A DNA stretch of 64,000 nucleotides. Source: Polyangiaceae bacterium (GTDB lineage: Bacteria; Myxococcota_A; Polyangia; Polyangiales; Polyangiaceae). Each line of letters starts with the position of its first letter. The stretch's first letter is position 1. The DNA lies in the NCBI GenBank assembly GCA_044376115.1, contig JBILLK010000002.1, positions 421,673 through 485,672 on the forward strand. Direction: 5' to 3'. The notes under the pieces were generated by a model. That model made no database searches and was not told the origin of the DNA. It worked only from the letters and a program-made list of their open reading frames with translations. Below are positions 38,617-49,034 of this stretch, in pieces. The position numbers and the translations under genes were made by a program.

Positions 38617-39936
38617 TCACAGCGGGATCGGGTCGGTTCCGACCTTGGTGCCGGGTTGGGCAGTCCATTGGAAGTTGTCGACGAGGGTGGTCGAGTCGAG
38701 TGAGCCGTCGCCTGAGTCATGGACGGCGAACCTCACACGAATCTCGTCGTTGCCAGCGACCGGCGCGGTGGTGCGCAGCCAGCCGGTTGCACCGTGGTCC
38801 TGACCGGCGAGGTCGAAGCCAAAGCCCGTGCCGATGAGCTCGATGTTGCCGAGCGAGCAGTTGAAGATCTTGCCGCCAGCCATGCAGGCGAGCGGCGGAT
38901 TCTCTGGGCAACCGCAGACCTCGAGCAAGGCGTTGTTGACGCTGATTGGGTTGAGGTCGCCGTCGAACGAAATGTTGCCGTCGGTTTGGCCCTCGGGAAT
39001 CGGGTCGAGGATCGCCAAGAAGAAGTCGTTGTACGTACTGCAGACGAAGCCGGGCCACTCGTAGGTGTAGAAGTCGAAATCGAAGGAGAAGCCGGTGGCG
39101 TTGGAGGGCGTCCGCACAACGATTTCAACCCCGGTCGGATCGTAGGGTGTCCCGGTTATGTCCCCGGGACAGGCGGCCGCCTCCTTGGGAAAGCCCTGGG
39201 CGAAGCCGCCGGTATAGCCCTTGATGTAGCCACTCACGTTTTGGTAACCGGGATCCTCTGGGCGGCGAGCCGAACCGCTCGAGAGAGCGAGCATGCGCTC
39301 CCCTTGCCGCACGCTGAGGTTCGGCCCGAAGTCATCGAGGAAGCCGTGGCCTAAGTGAAAGGCCGCAAGGTTGCTGGCGGGCGGTGGACTGCCGTCGGCC
39401 ATGACCCAGGCGGCGCTCACGACGCCCCAATCGTTCGGGCCTGCGGAGGTCTTGCACAGGTCCACGGCTGCAGCGGCTGCGAGAGGATCCATCTCGTCGA
39501 CTGGGATGCCGGCGTCGCACACCACCGGCTCCTCCACCTCATCCGTGAGCCCGTCGCAATCCTCATCAAAGGGCCGGCCATTGGGCGCCGTTGCAACTTC
39601 AATGGCGTTGGGATTTCGCTTGGGATCACAATCTTCACAGTCCCCCTGGTTGGGCGTGAAGCCATCTCCGTCGACGTCATCATCGGGGCCGAGCGGATCG
39701 CAGTTGATCACGCCCCCCTCGCCTCCTTCACCCCCCGCCCCGGTACCGAAGGAGCCGGAGGAGCCGCCGCCTCCCGTCGAGGTGCCCCCCTGCGAGCTAC
39801 CGGCGGTGCCGCTGGTTCCACCTGAGCCGCCAGCAGCGCCTCCGACGCCCTGACCACCAGTCGAGGTGGAGGTAGAACCCGCCTGGCAGCCCAGCGCGAA
39901 GGTGACGAGGACGATCGAAGGCAAGCGACGAAGCAT
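38617..39936 (-). CDS. Lipoprotein with MopE-like repeat and choice-of-anchor-L-like domain
   Basis: GGAGG SD; lipobox ALGC; D.DGDGF...DC.D, DEDCDG; FDF.T.E.P..VCS.YND.F; D.GD..LDS. Confidence 0.75.
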   Translation of the reverse strand: MLRRLPSIVLVTFALGCQAGSTSTSTGGQGVGGAAGGSGGTSGTAGSSQGGTSTGGGGSSGSFGTGAGGEGGEGGVINCDPLGPDDDVDGDGFTPNQGDCEDCDPKRNPNAIEVATAPNGRPFDEDCDGLTDEVEEPVVCDAGIPVDEMDPLAAAAAVDLCKTSAGPNDWGVVSAAWVMADGSPPPASNLAAFHLGHGFLDDFGPNLSVRQGERMLALSSGSARRPEDPGYQNVSGYIKGYTGGFAQGFPKEAAACPGDITGTPYDPTGVEIVVRTPSNATGFSFDFDFYTYEWPGFVCSTYNDFFLAILDPIPEGQTDGNISFDGDLNPISVNNALLEVCGCPENPPLACMAGGKIFNCSLGNIELIGTGFGFDLAGQDHGATGWLRTTAPVAGNDEIRVRFAVHDSGDGSLDSTTLVDNFQWTAQPGTKVGTDPIPL

Positions 39937-39976
39937 GAGGACCTCCACTACCAAGTTAGGCGACGACGATCAGGAC

Positions 39977-41614
39977 TCAGAAGACGCAAACATTCTCGAA
40001 GTTGCAGAAGTATCCCGAGCGACACTCGCTGCTGTCAGCGCAGGTCTTCAGGCACGTTCCCAACGAGTTTCCGGTGAAGAACGCGGTTGAGCACTCGCTG
40101 CCTGCGGGGCAGTCGGAGCCGCCAACTGTGCAGTATTGAGAGCAATACCCGCCGGGCCAGTTCTCGTGAAATTGGTCGATGCAAATCGGGTCCGTGCCGT
40201 CCGATTGGCACTGACTGTGGAGCTGACATGGGGCTCCCGCCGCGAGAGGCCCACTCGCGCAGCTGCCAGAAGCGGCACAGGCGGTAGGATCAGCGCAGTC
40301 GGTGAAACCGTCGAAGTCGTTGTCGGCGTAGTCCTGACAGTTGAGCTCCGGCGGCTTGTCACAGATCAGCTGGCCACCACCGTCATCAACGCAATCCGTA
40401 CCGGCGGGGCAATCTGCAAACGTCGTGCAGCTCTTGAAGCAAACGCCGTGGAAGGAGATGTTGAGATCCTTGCACACGCCCGCGTTCGGACAATCCCCGG
40501 GACCATCACAGAACTCCGAGCAGTAGCCGTTGTTGAAGCCCTGGTTGAAGTCCAAGCAGATGGGGTCCCCGTCTTGAGCGGCGCAGTTGTTGTTCTGGAA
40601 GCAGTTGGTCCCGAGCTCACCGGACCCTGGCTGACACTCGAAACTGCCCTGACAATTATTGGGATCATCGCAATCGACGAATCCATCGAAGTCCTCGTCG
40701 AACTGGCCGTTGCAGAAATTCTCGGGGAACGGTTGGTCAACGCTGATGTTGTAGAACGTGTCGAAGCTCGATCCCAACGACTCGACCACGACGTAGTAGG
40801 TCGAACCGGCGGTGGCGGGGAACGAGAGATTTTCACTATTGTTCGCGCCTTGCTGATTGCGACACGCGATTTCGGTTCCGGCGTCATTGCAGACGGTGCG
40901 AACCGAGATCACGACGTCCGGCGAAGCGAACACAGAGATCGCCAAGTCCCCGTCAATCGCCGCCGTCACCCCCAGCAGAACCTCGGGCGAGTTGGCCAAA
41001 CTACAGGAACCGTCAAGCACATCCGGCTTGCCGTCGAAGTTGCCAAACTCGAAGGTCGGCACGCCCACTGCGCCTACCGCCGCGCATGGGTCGGTGCAAG
41101 CAAGCGCATCCCCGCAATCCTCGATGTCTTCGCAATCGAAGAGGCCGTCTTGATCGTTGTCTGCCGAGTCCCCGCAGGTCTCTTTGGGGGTGCAGCCGGA
41201 GACGACGATGCCGCAGAACGGGTTACAGATCAGCTGACCGCCGCTGAGCCCGAAGGTGGCGCAGGTCTTGTCTCCGAAATCGTTGCCGTCGCAAGCCTCG
41301 TTGCCGTCAATGGTGCCGTTGCCGCAAAGGTTGGGGCCGCTGCCCCCCATTCCACCGGCGCCATCCCCAGCCGAGCCGCCCTCACCGGCCGAGCCGCCGC
41401 TTCCCGCAATGCCGCCCTCGCCGGCCGAGCCACCGCTGCCTGCGGTACCGCCTTCACCAGCCGAGGCGCCGCTGCCTGCAGTGCCGCCCTCCCCGCCATT
41501 TCCGGCGCTACCGCCACCACCCGTCGGGCTTTGTTCCTCGGCGCAATGCGCCAGGACGGGGAGCAAGACCAAGATTCCGCAAAGCCGACTGGCGCGCCGC
41601 AAAGTAAGGCCCAT
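39977..41614 (-). CDS. Cys-rich myxobacterial-type lipoprotein
   Basis: Lipobox LAHC; GGxAG repeats; CGNG.....EACD; three D.D.DG..DC.D repeats; GYCS.C motifs. Confidence 0.8.
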   Translation of the reverse strand: MGLTLRRASRLCGILVLLPVLAHCAEEQSPTGGGGSAGNGGEGGTAGSGASAGEGGTAGSGGSAGEGGIAGSGGSAGEGGSAGDGAGGMGGSGPNLCGNGTIDGNEACDGNDFGDKTCATFGLSGGQLICNPFCGIVVSGCTPKETCGDSADNDQDGLFDCEDIEDCGDALACTDPCAAVGAVGVPTFEFGNFDGKPDVLDGSCSLANSPEVLLGVTAAIDGDLAISVFASPDVVISVRTVCNDAGTEIACRNQQGANNSENLSFPATAGSTYYVVVESLGSSFDTFYNISVDQPFPENFCNGQFDEDFDGFVDCDDPNNCQGSFECQPGSGELGTNCFQNNNCAAQDGDPICLDFNQGFNNGYCSEFCDGPGDCPNAGVCKDLNISFHGVCFKSCTTFADCPAGTDCVDDGGGQLICDKPPELNCQDYADNDFDGFTDCADPTACAASGSCASGPLAAGAPCQLHSQCQSDGTDPICIDQFHENWPGGYCSQYCTVGGSDCPAGSECSTAFFTGNSLGTCLKTCADSSECRSGYFCNFENVCVF

Positions 41615-41784
41615 AAGGTCGGTATCGATACCAGATCTGATCCAAGGGTGGAACGCGCAGCGCATCAAAACGGCTTAGCGCCGCTTCACGGAGCGCAATT
41701 CGGGTTCGCCTGCCGAAGCAAGCTGTAGTACCGACGACGCTGTTTCGTGGACTTTCAGCCACCAGCGCTCAGGAAATCAAAGCC

Positions 41785-42738
41785 ATGCGTTACCGAGCCG
41801 ATCTCCGAACTCTTGCCTTCATGGCCACGTTCTTCGGACTGGTCGCCGTTCAATGGGCGGTGCCGGCCGCAAACATCTTCAAAGGTGCAAGCCTGTTCGT
41901 CGCGCTACCGCTGTTGGTGCTGACGTGCTTCTTCTCCTTCTTTTGCGCGGTTGCCACCCACAACACGATCCACTCCCCAGTGTTTGAGAAGCGGTCACAC
42001 AACCGCATTTTCCAGACCATCCTCACCACCACCTACGGCCACCCGGTAAGCGCCTTTGTGCCTGGTCATAACTTGAGCCACCACAAGCACACGCAGACGC
42101 GCCGCGATGTGATGCGTACTTCGAAGACGCGGTTTCGTTGGAACCTGCTCAACGGGCTGCTCTTCACCTTGATGGTCGCTCCGTCGATCATGAAGGGAGA
42201 AAGCCAGTACTTCGCGCAAATGAAGGAACGGCTACCGACCTGGTTCAAGCAGTACCGGATTGAGTTTTGGTTCCTGCACGGTCTGTACGCTGCGCTCTTG
42301 TTGCTGAACTGGAAGTGTTTCCTGTTGTTCGTCTTCCTGCCGCACAAGTACGCCGCGTGGGGCATCGTGACGATGAACCTGTTGCAGCACGACGGCTGCG
42401 ACGCTGACTCGAAGTACAACCATTCACGGAACTTCGTCGGCTCACTGGTGAACTGGTTCACCTTCAACAACGGCTACCACACGATCCATCACGAACATCC
42501 AGGCTTACACTGGAGTCTCACGCCCGCCGCACACGCGAGCGAGATCCATCCGCATATTCACCCCGCCCTCGAGCAGAAGAGCCTGATCGCGTACATCTTC
42601 CGCACCTTCCTGTGGCCCGGAAAGCGCACCACCTACTTGGGTGAGCCGCTGGTTCTCCCTTCGGAAGGGCCGGATGAAAATTGGGTCCCCAAGCCCGAAG
42701 AGACGAAACAGGATCTCGGCGCAATCGCTCCGGCGTGA
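41785..42738 (+). CDS. Membrane fatty acid desaturase
   Basis: His boxes HNTIH, HNLSHH, HTIHH..P..HW; TM segments. Confidence 0.88.
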   Translation: MRYRADLRTLAFMATFFGLVAVQWAVPAANIFKGASLFVALPLLVLTCFFSFFCAVATHNTIHSPVFEKRSHNRIFQTILTTTYGHPVSAFVPGHNLSHHKHTQTRRDVMRTSKTRFRWNLLNGLLFTLMVAPSIMKGESQYFAQMKERLPTWFKQYRIEFWFLHGLYAALLLLNWKCFLLFVFLPHKYAAWGIVTMNLLQHDGCDADSKYNHSRNFVGSLVNWFTFNNGYHTIHHEHPGLHWSLTPAAHASEIHPHIHPALEQKSLIAYIFRTFLWPGKRTTYLGEPLVLPSEGPDENWVPKPEETKQDLGAIAPA

Positions 42739-42743
42739 AACCA

Positions 42744-43763
42744 ATGAGCACGAACCCTGAAGGGTCGTTCGACCCCGCTGGACCTTCCGCCTTCGATGGC
42801 GTTTTCGGGCTGCCCACCTCGCACGCCGAGGCGAACGTCGTGCTCATCCCCGTCCCTTGGGAGGCCACCACCTCCTACCGACGCGGCACCGCGACTGGCC
42901 CCGCCAACATCCGCGAACGAAGCCACCAAGTAGATCTGTTCGATCGCGACTTTGGCCGCATCTACGAGACCGGCGTGTTCATGCACGATGCCGATCCGGC
43001 GATCGTCGCACTGAACGAGAAAGCCTGTGAGCTCTCGCTTCCGATCATCGAAGCTGGCGGTGCCTCCACGCCTGAACTCGAGGTGGCTCTCGAGCAGGTG
43101 AACGCGATGAGCCGGGAGCTCAACGAGCGCGTGCTTGAGCTCGCCGAACGCGAGCTTTCTCTAGGCAAACGCGTCGCTCTCGTGGGCGGCGATCACTCCA
43201 CGCCGTTCGGTCTGATCCAGGCGCTGCTGAAACGTCATCCGCGGCTGGGGATCCTGCATATCGACGCGCATGCCGATCTGCGAAATGCCTATGAAGGCTT
43301 CGAGCATTCGCACGCGTCGATCATGTTCAACGTCCACGAGCAGCTGCCGGTCGAGCGCATCGTGCAAGTGGGAATCCGCGACTTCAGCGAGGAAGAGGCC
43401 AACTTGGCGAAGAATTCGCCTCGCATCACCTCCTTCTACGATGGCGACTTGGCCGATCGCATTTTCAACGGTGAAAGCTGGCACGCGCTGACCAGCGAGA
43501 TCGTTCGGGCGTTGCCGGAGACGGTCTACATTTCGTTCGACATCGACGGCCTTCAGCCTGACCTGTGCGCAAACACCGGCACTCCGGTACCGGGCGGGCT
43601 GGGCTTCCGAGAGGCGGTTTATCTGCTGCGAGCGGTGGCCAAGGAGCGGACGATCGTTGGCTTTGACCTGAATGAAGTCAACGGCGCGGCCGAGTGGGAT
43701 GGGATCGTTGGGGCTCGCCTTCTTTACAAGTTGATTGGTTGCATGATTGCGAACACGAAATGA
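42744..43763 (+). CDS. speB: Agmatinase (ureohydrolase family)
   Basis: GGDHS, DAHAD, SHAS, SFDIDG, TGTPVPGG. Confidence 0.8.
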   Translation: MSTNPEGSFDPAGPSAFDGVFGLPTSHAEANVVLIPVPWEATTSYRRGTATGPANIRERSHQVDLFDRDFGRIYETGVFMHDADPAIVALNEKACELSLPIIEAGGASTPELEVALEQVNAMSRELNERVLELAERELSLGKRVALVGGDHSTPFGLIQALLKRHPRLGILHIDAHADLRNAYEGFEHSHASIMFNVHEQLPVERIVQVGIRDFSEEEANLAKNSPRITSFYDGDLADRIFNGESWHALTSEIVRALPETVYISFDIDGLQPDLCANTGTPVPGGLGFREAVYLLRAVAKERTIVGFDLNEVNGAAEWDGIVGARLLYKLIGCMIANTK

Positions 43764-43847
43764 GGTCGTGCAGGACTGACAGACGGAAGCTGGCAAGGTG
43801 CTCCTCGGCTCCGCAATGTAATTGAGGAAAATTGGCCCCATGGTGGT

Positions 43848-43863
43848 TGGCATGCGATTGGCT
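43848..43863 (+). promoter_or_regulatory. Possible sigma54 (-24/-12) promoter
   Basis: TGGCATGCGATTGGCT has the GG-N10-GC spacing, 32 bp upstream of ATG 43896. Confidence 0.35.
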
Positions 43864-43895
43864 AAGGACAGAGAGCCGCACCGGCCCCCCGCAAA

Positions 43896-44336
43896 ATGAG
43901 CCGTTCAACCCCTGCTACCGCTGAAAGCCCCGCCGGTTCCGAAGAGGAAATCCCCTCGGGCCGGCCCACCCCTGTTCCGGCGAGTGGTCGTCGAGCACGA
44001 GCCAACGAACTCGGGCGACGCCTTCCCACCCTCAAGATTCGTCCGTGGTCGCAATTGCCCGGAGTCATGGCCTACGTCGTGACCAACGAGCTGGGCGAGA
44101 CGATGGACGCTTGGGGCCTTGTTTCGGATGAAGGGTTGGAACGCGCCACCTCCTTCCGACAGCGAGTCGTCCGCGACTCCTTCGACGGCAGCCACACGCT
44201 GGAGACGATCGGAAACGGGCGGTTGCTCTCGGTGGTACGGCCGGATGAGTGGTTCGTGCACGTCGAGCTCGAGCCGAGCACCGACATCGCTGGGATTCTC
44301 GCGATTCTTGGTGGTCGGGCCACGCACTCGCAGTAG
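43896..44336 (+). CDS. Hypothetical protein, possible roadblock/LC7-like domain
   Basis: LPGVMAYVVTNELGE resembles the roadblock N-terminal strand pair. Confidence 0.45.
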   Translation: MSRSTPATAESPAGSEEEIPSGRPTPVPASGRRARANELGRRLPTLKIRPWSQLPGVMAYVVTNELGETMDAWGLVSDEGLERATSFRQRVVRDSFDGSHTLETIGNGRLLSVVRPDEWFVHVELEPSTDIAGILAILGGRATHSQ

Positions 44337-44463
44337 CTCCGCGCTGAACTTCGGCTGCGCAGAGATCAAACCTGCACACTCGTGCGTCATTTGCGAGGGC
44401 TGCATGCTAGGCTGAGCGCCACTCAGCGTTGGCGTGCGCCGGCGGGCGGGGTGGGCAGAACCG

Positions 44464-46134
44464 ATGAATGACGAGGAGATAGCGTACCGTCCTGGCCAGG
44501 TCCTTGCCAGCAAGTACCGGGTCGACAAGGTGATCGGCGTGGGCGGCTTTGGCGCCGTGCTTCAGGCGACCCACCTGCAGCTCGAGGAGCCTGTTGCGAT
44601 CAAGACGCTCTTGCCTCACGCCGCGAAGAATCCGGCCGCCGCTGAGCGCTTCTTGCGTGAAGCCAAGGCGGCCGTTCGAATCCGGAGCGAGCACGTTGCG
44701 CGCGTAAGCGACGTAGGCAAGCTGGATGACGGCACGCCTTACATGGTCATGGAGTACCTCGCGGGGATGGACCTATCCCAGCTGGTAAAGGCCCAAGGAG
44801 TTCAGCAGTTCCACGACGTCGCTGAGTGGGTCATTCAGGCTGGTGAGGCCATCGCTGAGGCGCACAGTCTTGGCATCGTGCACCGCGACCTAAAGCCGGC
44901 GAACCTGTTCTTGACCCGAAAAGTCGACGGTGCACCCTGCGTGAAGGTGCTCGACTTCGGAATCTCCAAGTTGACCAACGAGCTTGGCGACAAAGGAATG
45001 ACGAAGACCAGCGACGTGATGGGCTCGCCCTTCTACATGTCGCCCGAGCAGATGCGCTCGACCCGAAGTGTTGACGCGCGCTGCGACATTTGGGCGCTAG
45101 GCGCGATTCTTTACGAGCTGTTGGCTGGCTGTACGCCGTTCGATGCGGAGACGATGACAGCGCTCGTCGTGAACATCATGCAAGAGCCGCCGCGAGAGAT
45201 CACAAGCTTCCGCCGCGATCTTCCCCCGGCCTTGCGCGAGATCGTTCTCAAGTGTCTCGAGAAGGACCCGAACGCACGCTTCAGCGACGTTGCTTCGCTG
45301 GCAAACGCGCTCGCGCCCTTCGCCCCACCGCGAGCCCAGGCGGTGCTCCAGCGCATTTGGGCGATCTCCGGTAAGGGACCCACCAGCGGCGCCAGCGCAC
45401 CGTCGGGGGCGTCAGCGATCGCAGCGACCGTCGCCGCAGCCCCGGTGCAGCACACGATGGGCGGCGGCGCTCCTGCTCCGATGCTCCTCTCCGAGCAAGC
45501 CCGCATGACGCCTGGCGGCGTTCACCCGGTGCACCCCACGGTGTTGCAGAACGCCGGGCTTCAGCAGCTCGCTTCGCAGAGCGGTGGCGTCGCCCAAGCG
45601 GGTACTTCAGCGGGCCATGTATCGCAGGCCCCAGCAGTCGCCATCCCGAGCCCTCCCGCGCAGTCGTGGGGCGCAACCTACGCCGGAAAGAAAACCTCGA
45701 GTTCGCTACCGCTCCTCGTTGGGCTGGGTGCGCTGGCCGTAGCGGTCCTCGGAGGCGGTGGTTTCTTGCTACTGCGTGGCAAAGAGTCGTCAGCCAAGCC
45801 AAACCCCACGAGCGCCGCTCCCAGCACTCAAGCAGAGGCCAGCGTTCCACGCGTGGACCCTACCCCCACAGCTAGTCCCGCGACGATTACAAGTAGCGCC
45901 GTGCTGGCGTCGGATGCGCCGCCGACCAAGCTGAGTCCACCGCAACCGCCTGGGAGCGGAGCTGCCCCCGGTACAACCAGCCCTCCTAAACCATCGCAGA
46001 CGGCCGCACCGCCAGCTCCTCCCAGCGCGGTCGTACAGCCGCAACCGACCGCTCCGCCGCCTCCGCAACCAACCACCCCACCGAAACCACCCAAGAAACC
46101 GGGTGGCGACCCCTTGTTTCAAGGTACCGACTAG
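44464..46134 (+). CDS. Membrane Ser/Thr protein kinase
   Basis: IGVGGFGAV, VAIK, HRDLKPAN, DFG, SPE; TM; Pro-rich tail. Confidence 0.95.
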   Translation: MNDEEIAYRPGQVLASKYRVDKVIGVGGFGAVLQATHLQLEEPVAIKTLLPHAAKNPAAAERFLREAKAAVRIRSEHVARVSDVGKLDDGTPYMVMEYLAGMDLSQLVKAQGVQQFHDVAEWVIQAGEAIAEAHSLGIVHRDLKPANLFLTRKVDGAPCVKVLDFGISKLTNELGDKGMTKTSDVMGSPFYMSPEQMRSTRSVDARCDIWALGAILYELLAGCTPFDAETMTALVVNIMQEPPREITSFRRDLPPALREIVLKCLEKDPNARFSDVASLANALAPFAPPRAQAVLQRIWAISGKGPTSGASAPSGASAIAATVAAAPVQHTMGGGAPAPMLLSEQARMTPGGVHPVHPTVLQNAGLQQLASQSGGVAQAGTSAGHVSQAPAVAIPSPPAQSWGATYAGKKTSSSLPLLVGLGALAVAVLGGGGFLLLRGKESSAKPNPTSAAPSTQAEASVPRVDPTPTASPATITSSAVLASDAPPTKLSPPQPPGSGAAPGTTSPPKPSQTAAPPAPPSAVVQPQPTAPPPPQPTTPPKPPKKPGGDPLFQGTD

Positions 46135-46221
46135 TCGCGAAGCGGCGCCGAGTTCGTGCCCAACGCGCCGAAATCTTGCCGCACCAAGACGCCACGACAA
46201 ACGATTGGCTAAGTATCCATC

Positions 46222-47181
46222 ATGCAGCGAACCAGCCTTTTTCTTATCCTAGCCATCACCAGTTTTCCGACGCTGGCATTCGCTGGCGGCGAGTCCCCTG
46301 CGCCGGCCGGCGGGACGGCGGCGGAGCCCGCTTCGACCGAGGCCCCAGCGCCGGTGGCCGAGCCTGAAGAGGAGGTTTCGGATTCGGACAAGGCGCGAGC
46401 GACCAAGCTGTTCAACGAGGGCCGCGCGTTGATGGACGACGGGGATGTTGCCGCTGCCTGCGAGAAGTTCCAGGAAAGCCAAAAGGTTCGGCCCGGGATC
46501 GGCACACTTTACAACTTGGCAGACTGCCGTGAGAAGCTCGGCCAGACCGGCACCGCGTTCAAGCTCTTCACCGAGGTCGCCGAGCGAACCAAGGCCGCTT
46601 TGCAGGCCGATCGTGAACAGAAGGCGAAGGAGCGGCTCGCTGCGCTCGAGCCGCGCCTCATGCGCATCCGCCTCTCGGTGCCACAGGGCGGCAAGGTCAA
46701 GAGCGTCAAAGTCGACGGTGTGGTGGTTGGCCCGCAAGACTACAACAAGGCGCTTCCCTTCGATCCGGGTGAGCACACGGTGGAAGCCACCACCGCCAAG
46801 GACGACGGCGAGCCTTTCTCCGAGGACATCGATCTGAGCGAGGAGGGCAAGACGGTGACGATCGCCATTCCGGTGGCGGCTGGCGCCAAAATGAAGCCGC
46901 GTCTCGGCATGATCATTGGCGGTGGTATCACCATGGGCGTAGGCGGCGTGTCGCTACTCGCCGCGACAGGCTTAGCCCTCTCGGATGATCCTCCGGGCGG
47001 GGCAATCGTTGGGCTCGGCATCCTCGGCGTCGTCGGGCTTGCAGTGGGCATCCCGATCTTCGCCGTTGGCTTCAAGAAACGGCCCGTCCGCGACGGCTAC
47101 TACGAAGTGCCCGCCGAGCTCTCTCCCATCCCGACGGTGGCTATCGGCCCGACGGGTGGTTCGCTCACCTGGGAGTTCTGA
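46222..47181 (+). CDS. Secreted TPR + PEGA-like protein
   Basis: Signal peptide AFA; A..LF.EGR.L....A.AC.KF..S; DPGEH.V.A; C-terminal beta segment ending WEF. Confidence 0.75.
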   Translation: MQRTSLFLILAITSFPTLAFAGGESPAPAGGTAAEPASTEAPAPVAEPEEEVSDSDKARATKLFNEGRALMDDGDVAAACEKFQESQKVRPGIGTLYNLADCREKLGQTGTAFKLFTEVAERTKAALQADREQKAKERLAALEPRLMRIRLSVPQGGKVKSVKVDGVVVGPQDYNKALPFDPGEHTVEATTAKDDGEPFSEDIDLSEEGKTVTIAIPVAAGAKMKPRLGMIIGGGITMGVGGVSLLAATGLALSDDPPGGAIVGLGILGVVGLAVGIPIFAVGFKKRPVRDGYYEVPAELSPIPTVAIGPTGGSLTWEF

Positions 47182-47193
47182 CGGCGCGGCGGT

Positions 47194-47856
47194 ATGAGGC
47201 GGTATGGCTTCCTCGTGCTGCTCGCAGCGAGTTGGTTCGCAGCTCCCGACGAAGCCAAGGCGCAGCCGACGCCCGCTTTGCCGACCGAGAACTGGGCGAC
47301 CAAACGAGCTCGTGAGCTGACCGAGCTCGGTGGCGCTGCGCTGCGCGCTGGCCAGGTTGATTCGGCTGTCGCACGCTTCAATGAGGCCATCGCAGCCGAC
47401 GGGAGTTATGGCCCGGCGTATCTAGCGCTGGCCAAGCTAAGGGAGTCCACCGGCGAGTTCGATGAAGCGTTGAGTGTGCTCAAGCTTGGAATGGAGCGCA
47501 TACTCGGCTTCTGGGACGGCTTGTTCGCGCAGGCGGAGCTATTTGCGCGGGCCCGCCGCTTTGACGAGGCGACCAAACTGCTGTGCGAGTTCCGCATCGC
47601 CAACCCGGATCACGAACCGGGGCTCGAAAAGCTGCTTGAGGTCGCGGCCGCCGCCGATCGGCTCCCAGTTGCGCTCGGCGCAGCCCGCAAGCTGCTAACC
47701 CTTGCGCGTGCGCGCGGCGACGCCGAAGCGGCGAAGCGTGCTGCTTCCAAGGTCCGCGCGCTGATGACGTTGGTAGCCGGCGCAGACCCGGTCATCGCGG
47801 GCGGGAGTCGCGGTGAAGCGGTCCGCCGCGCGTTGGCCCGATTTCGTCCGCGCTGA
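47194..47856 (+). CDS. Secreted TPR protein
   Basis: Signal peptide AKA; TPR-like helices. Confidence 0.7.
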   Translation: MRRYGFLVLLAASWFAAPDEAKAQPTPALPTENWATKRARELTELGGAALRAGQVDSAVARFNEAIAADGSYGPAYLALAKLRESTGEFDEALSVLKLGMERILGFWDGLFAQAELFARARRFDEATKLLCEFRIANPDHEPGLEKLLEVAAAADRLPVALGAARKLLTLARARGDAEAAKRAASKVRALMTLVAGADPVIAGGSRGEAVRRALARFRPR

Positions 47857-47903
47857 GCAGCTCAAGTTGCCCCGCGCGATCCTTCGGATTAGACCGCTGC
47901 CCG

Positions 47904-49034
47904 ATGAATGCCTCGCGCCCTGTGAAAAAGCCGGCCGCCAAGGGCGGCCCCGACGCTGCCCGCGCGAAACAAGCGTTTGCAGACCTGCTTGCCCAAACCA
48001 AGCCAGCCGTTGAAACGCAGATGACGGCGCAGTTCGATGCCGCGCGCAAGCAGCGCGCCGCGTTGGGGCCGGAGGTACTGGCTGTGCTGGACGCGGCGAA
48101 GGACCTATCGCTCCGCGGTGGCAAGCGCTTTCGCGCGGCGCTGCTCGCCGCCAGCTACTTTGGAGTGGCGCCGCGCGGGCGCAAAGACGTCGCCACGATG
48201 GGTGGAGTCGCGCTCGAAATGCTGCAGAGCTACCTGTTGATCCAAGACGATTGGATGGACGGCGACGTCGAACGCCGCGGAGGCCCGAGCGCCCACATAG
48301 CGATCGCCACCACCTTGAAGAAAAACAAGTTGCACACCCCCGAGAAGATCGGCGCAGTGGGTGCGCTGTTAGCGAGCGACTACGTCTGGGGGCTCGCCGT
48401 GGGTGCGTTGCTTAGCAAACCGGTGCCGGCGGAGGTGCAAGCGCCCGCGCTGCGTTACTTGCTAGCGATTCACGAGGACGTCGTCTTCGGCCAGGTGCTC
48501 GACACGCTCTCGCCGAACGCCGACGTCGAGGTCCTGCACGACCTGAAGACTGGCAGCTACACCGTGCGCGGCCCGCTCGGGCTCGGTGCGGTGCTGGGAG
48601 GCGCGCCCCCGAAGACGCAGCGTGCTCTCTACGCCTTCGCCGATCCCCTTGGCGTCGGCTTTCAGCTGCGCGACGATCTGCTCGGCGTGTTCGGTACCGA
48701 GGCTGAAGCAGGCAGACCGCAAGGGTCGGATTTGCTTGCAGGCAAGAACAGCGCGGTCGTCCGCGCGGCCAAGCCAAAGTTGCGCGGAGCCGGCAAGCGG
48801 GCCGTCGACCAAGTGTGGGCGAAACGGCACGCCACCAAAAGCGAGATGGCGGCGGCGGTCGCGGCGATCGAAGCCACGGGAGCGCGCGCTGAGGTTGAGA
48901 AGCACCTCGCGTCCTTGTGCACACAAGCCGAGAAGAAGGCGTGGGGACTACCGCTGGCCGAACCTGCGCGCTTGGCGCTCTACGGAGCCTCCCTCGCGAT
49001 CCGCGTTGGCCCGGGCGGGCGCGAGGCGAGATGA
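47904..49034 (+). CDS. Polyprenyl (probably GGPP) synthase
   Basis: GGKRFR, FARM DDWMD..RRG, GQ.LD, KT.SY, FQLRDDLLG. Confidence 0.9.
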   Translation: MNASRPVKKPAAKGGPDAARAKQAFADLLAQTKPAVETQMTAQFDAARKQRAALGPEVLAVLDAAKDLSLRGGKRFRAALLAASYFGVAPRGRKDVATMGGVALEMLQSYLLIQDDWMDGDVERRGGPSAHIAIATTLKKNKLHTPEKIGAVGALLASDYVWGLAVGALLSKPVPAEVQAPALRYLLAIHEDVVFGQVLDTLSPNADVEVLHDLKTGSYTVRGPLGLGAVLGGAPPKTQRALYAFADPLGVGFQLRDDLLGVFGTEAEAGRPQGSDLLAGKNSAVVRAAKPKLRGAGKRAVDQVWAKRHATKSEMAAAVAAIEATGARAEVEKHLASLCTQAEKKAWGLPLAEPARLALYGASLAIRVGPGGREAR

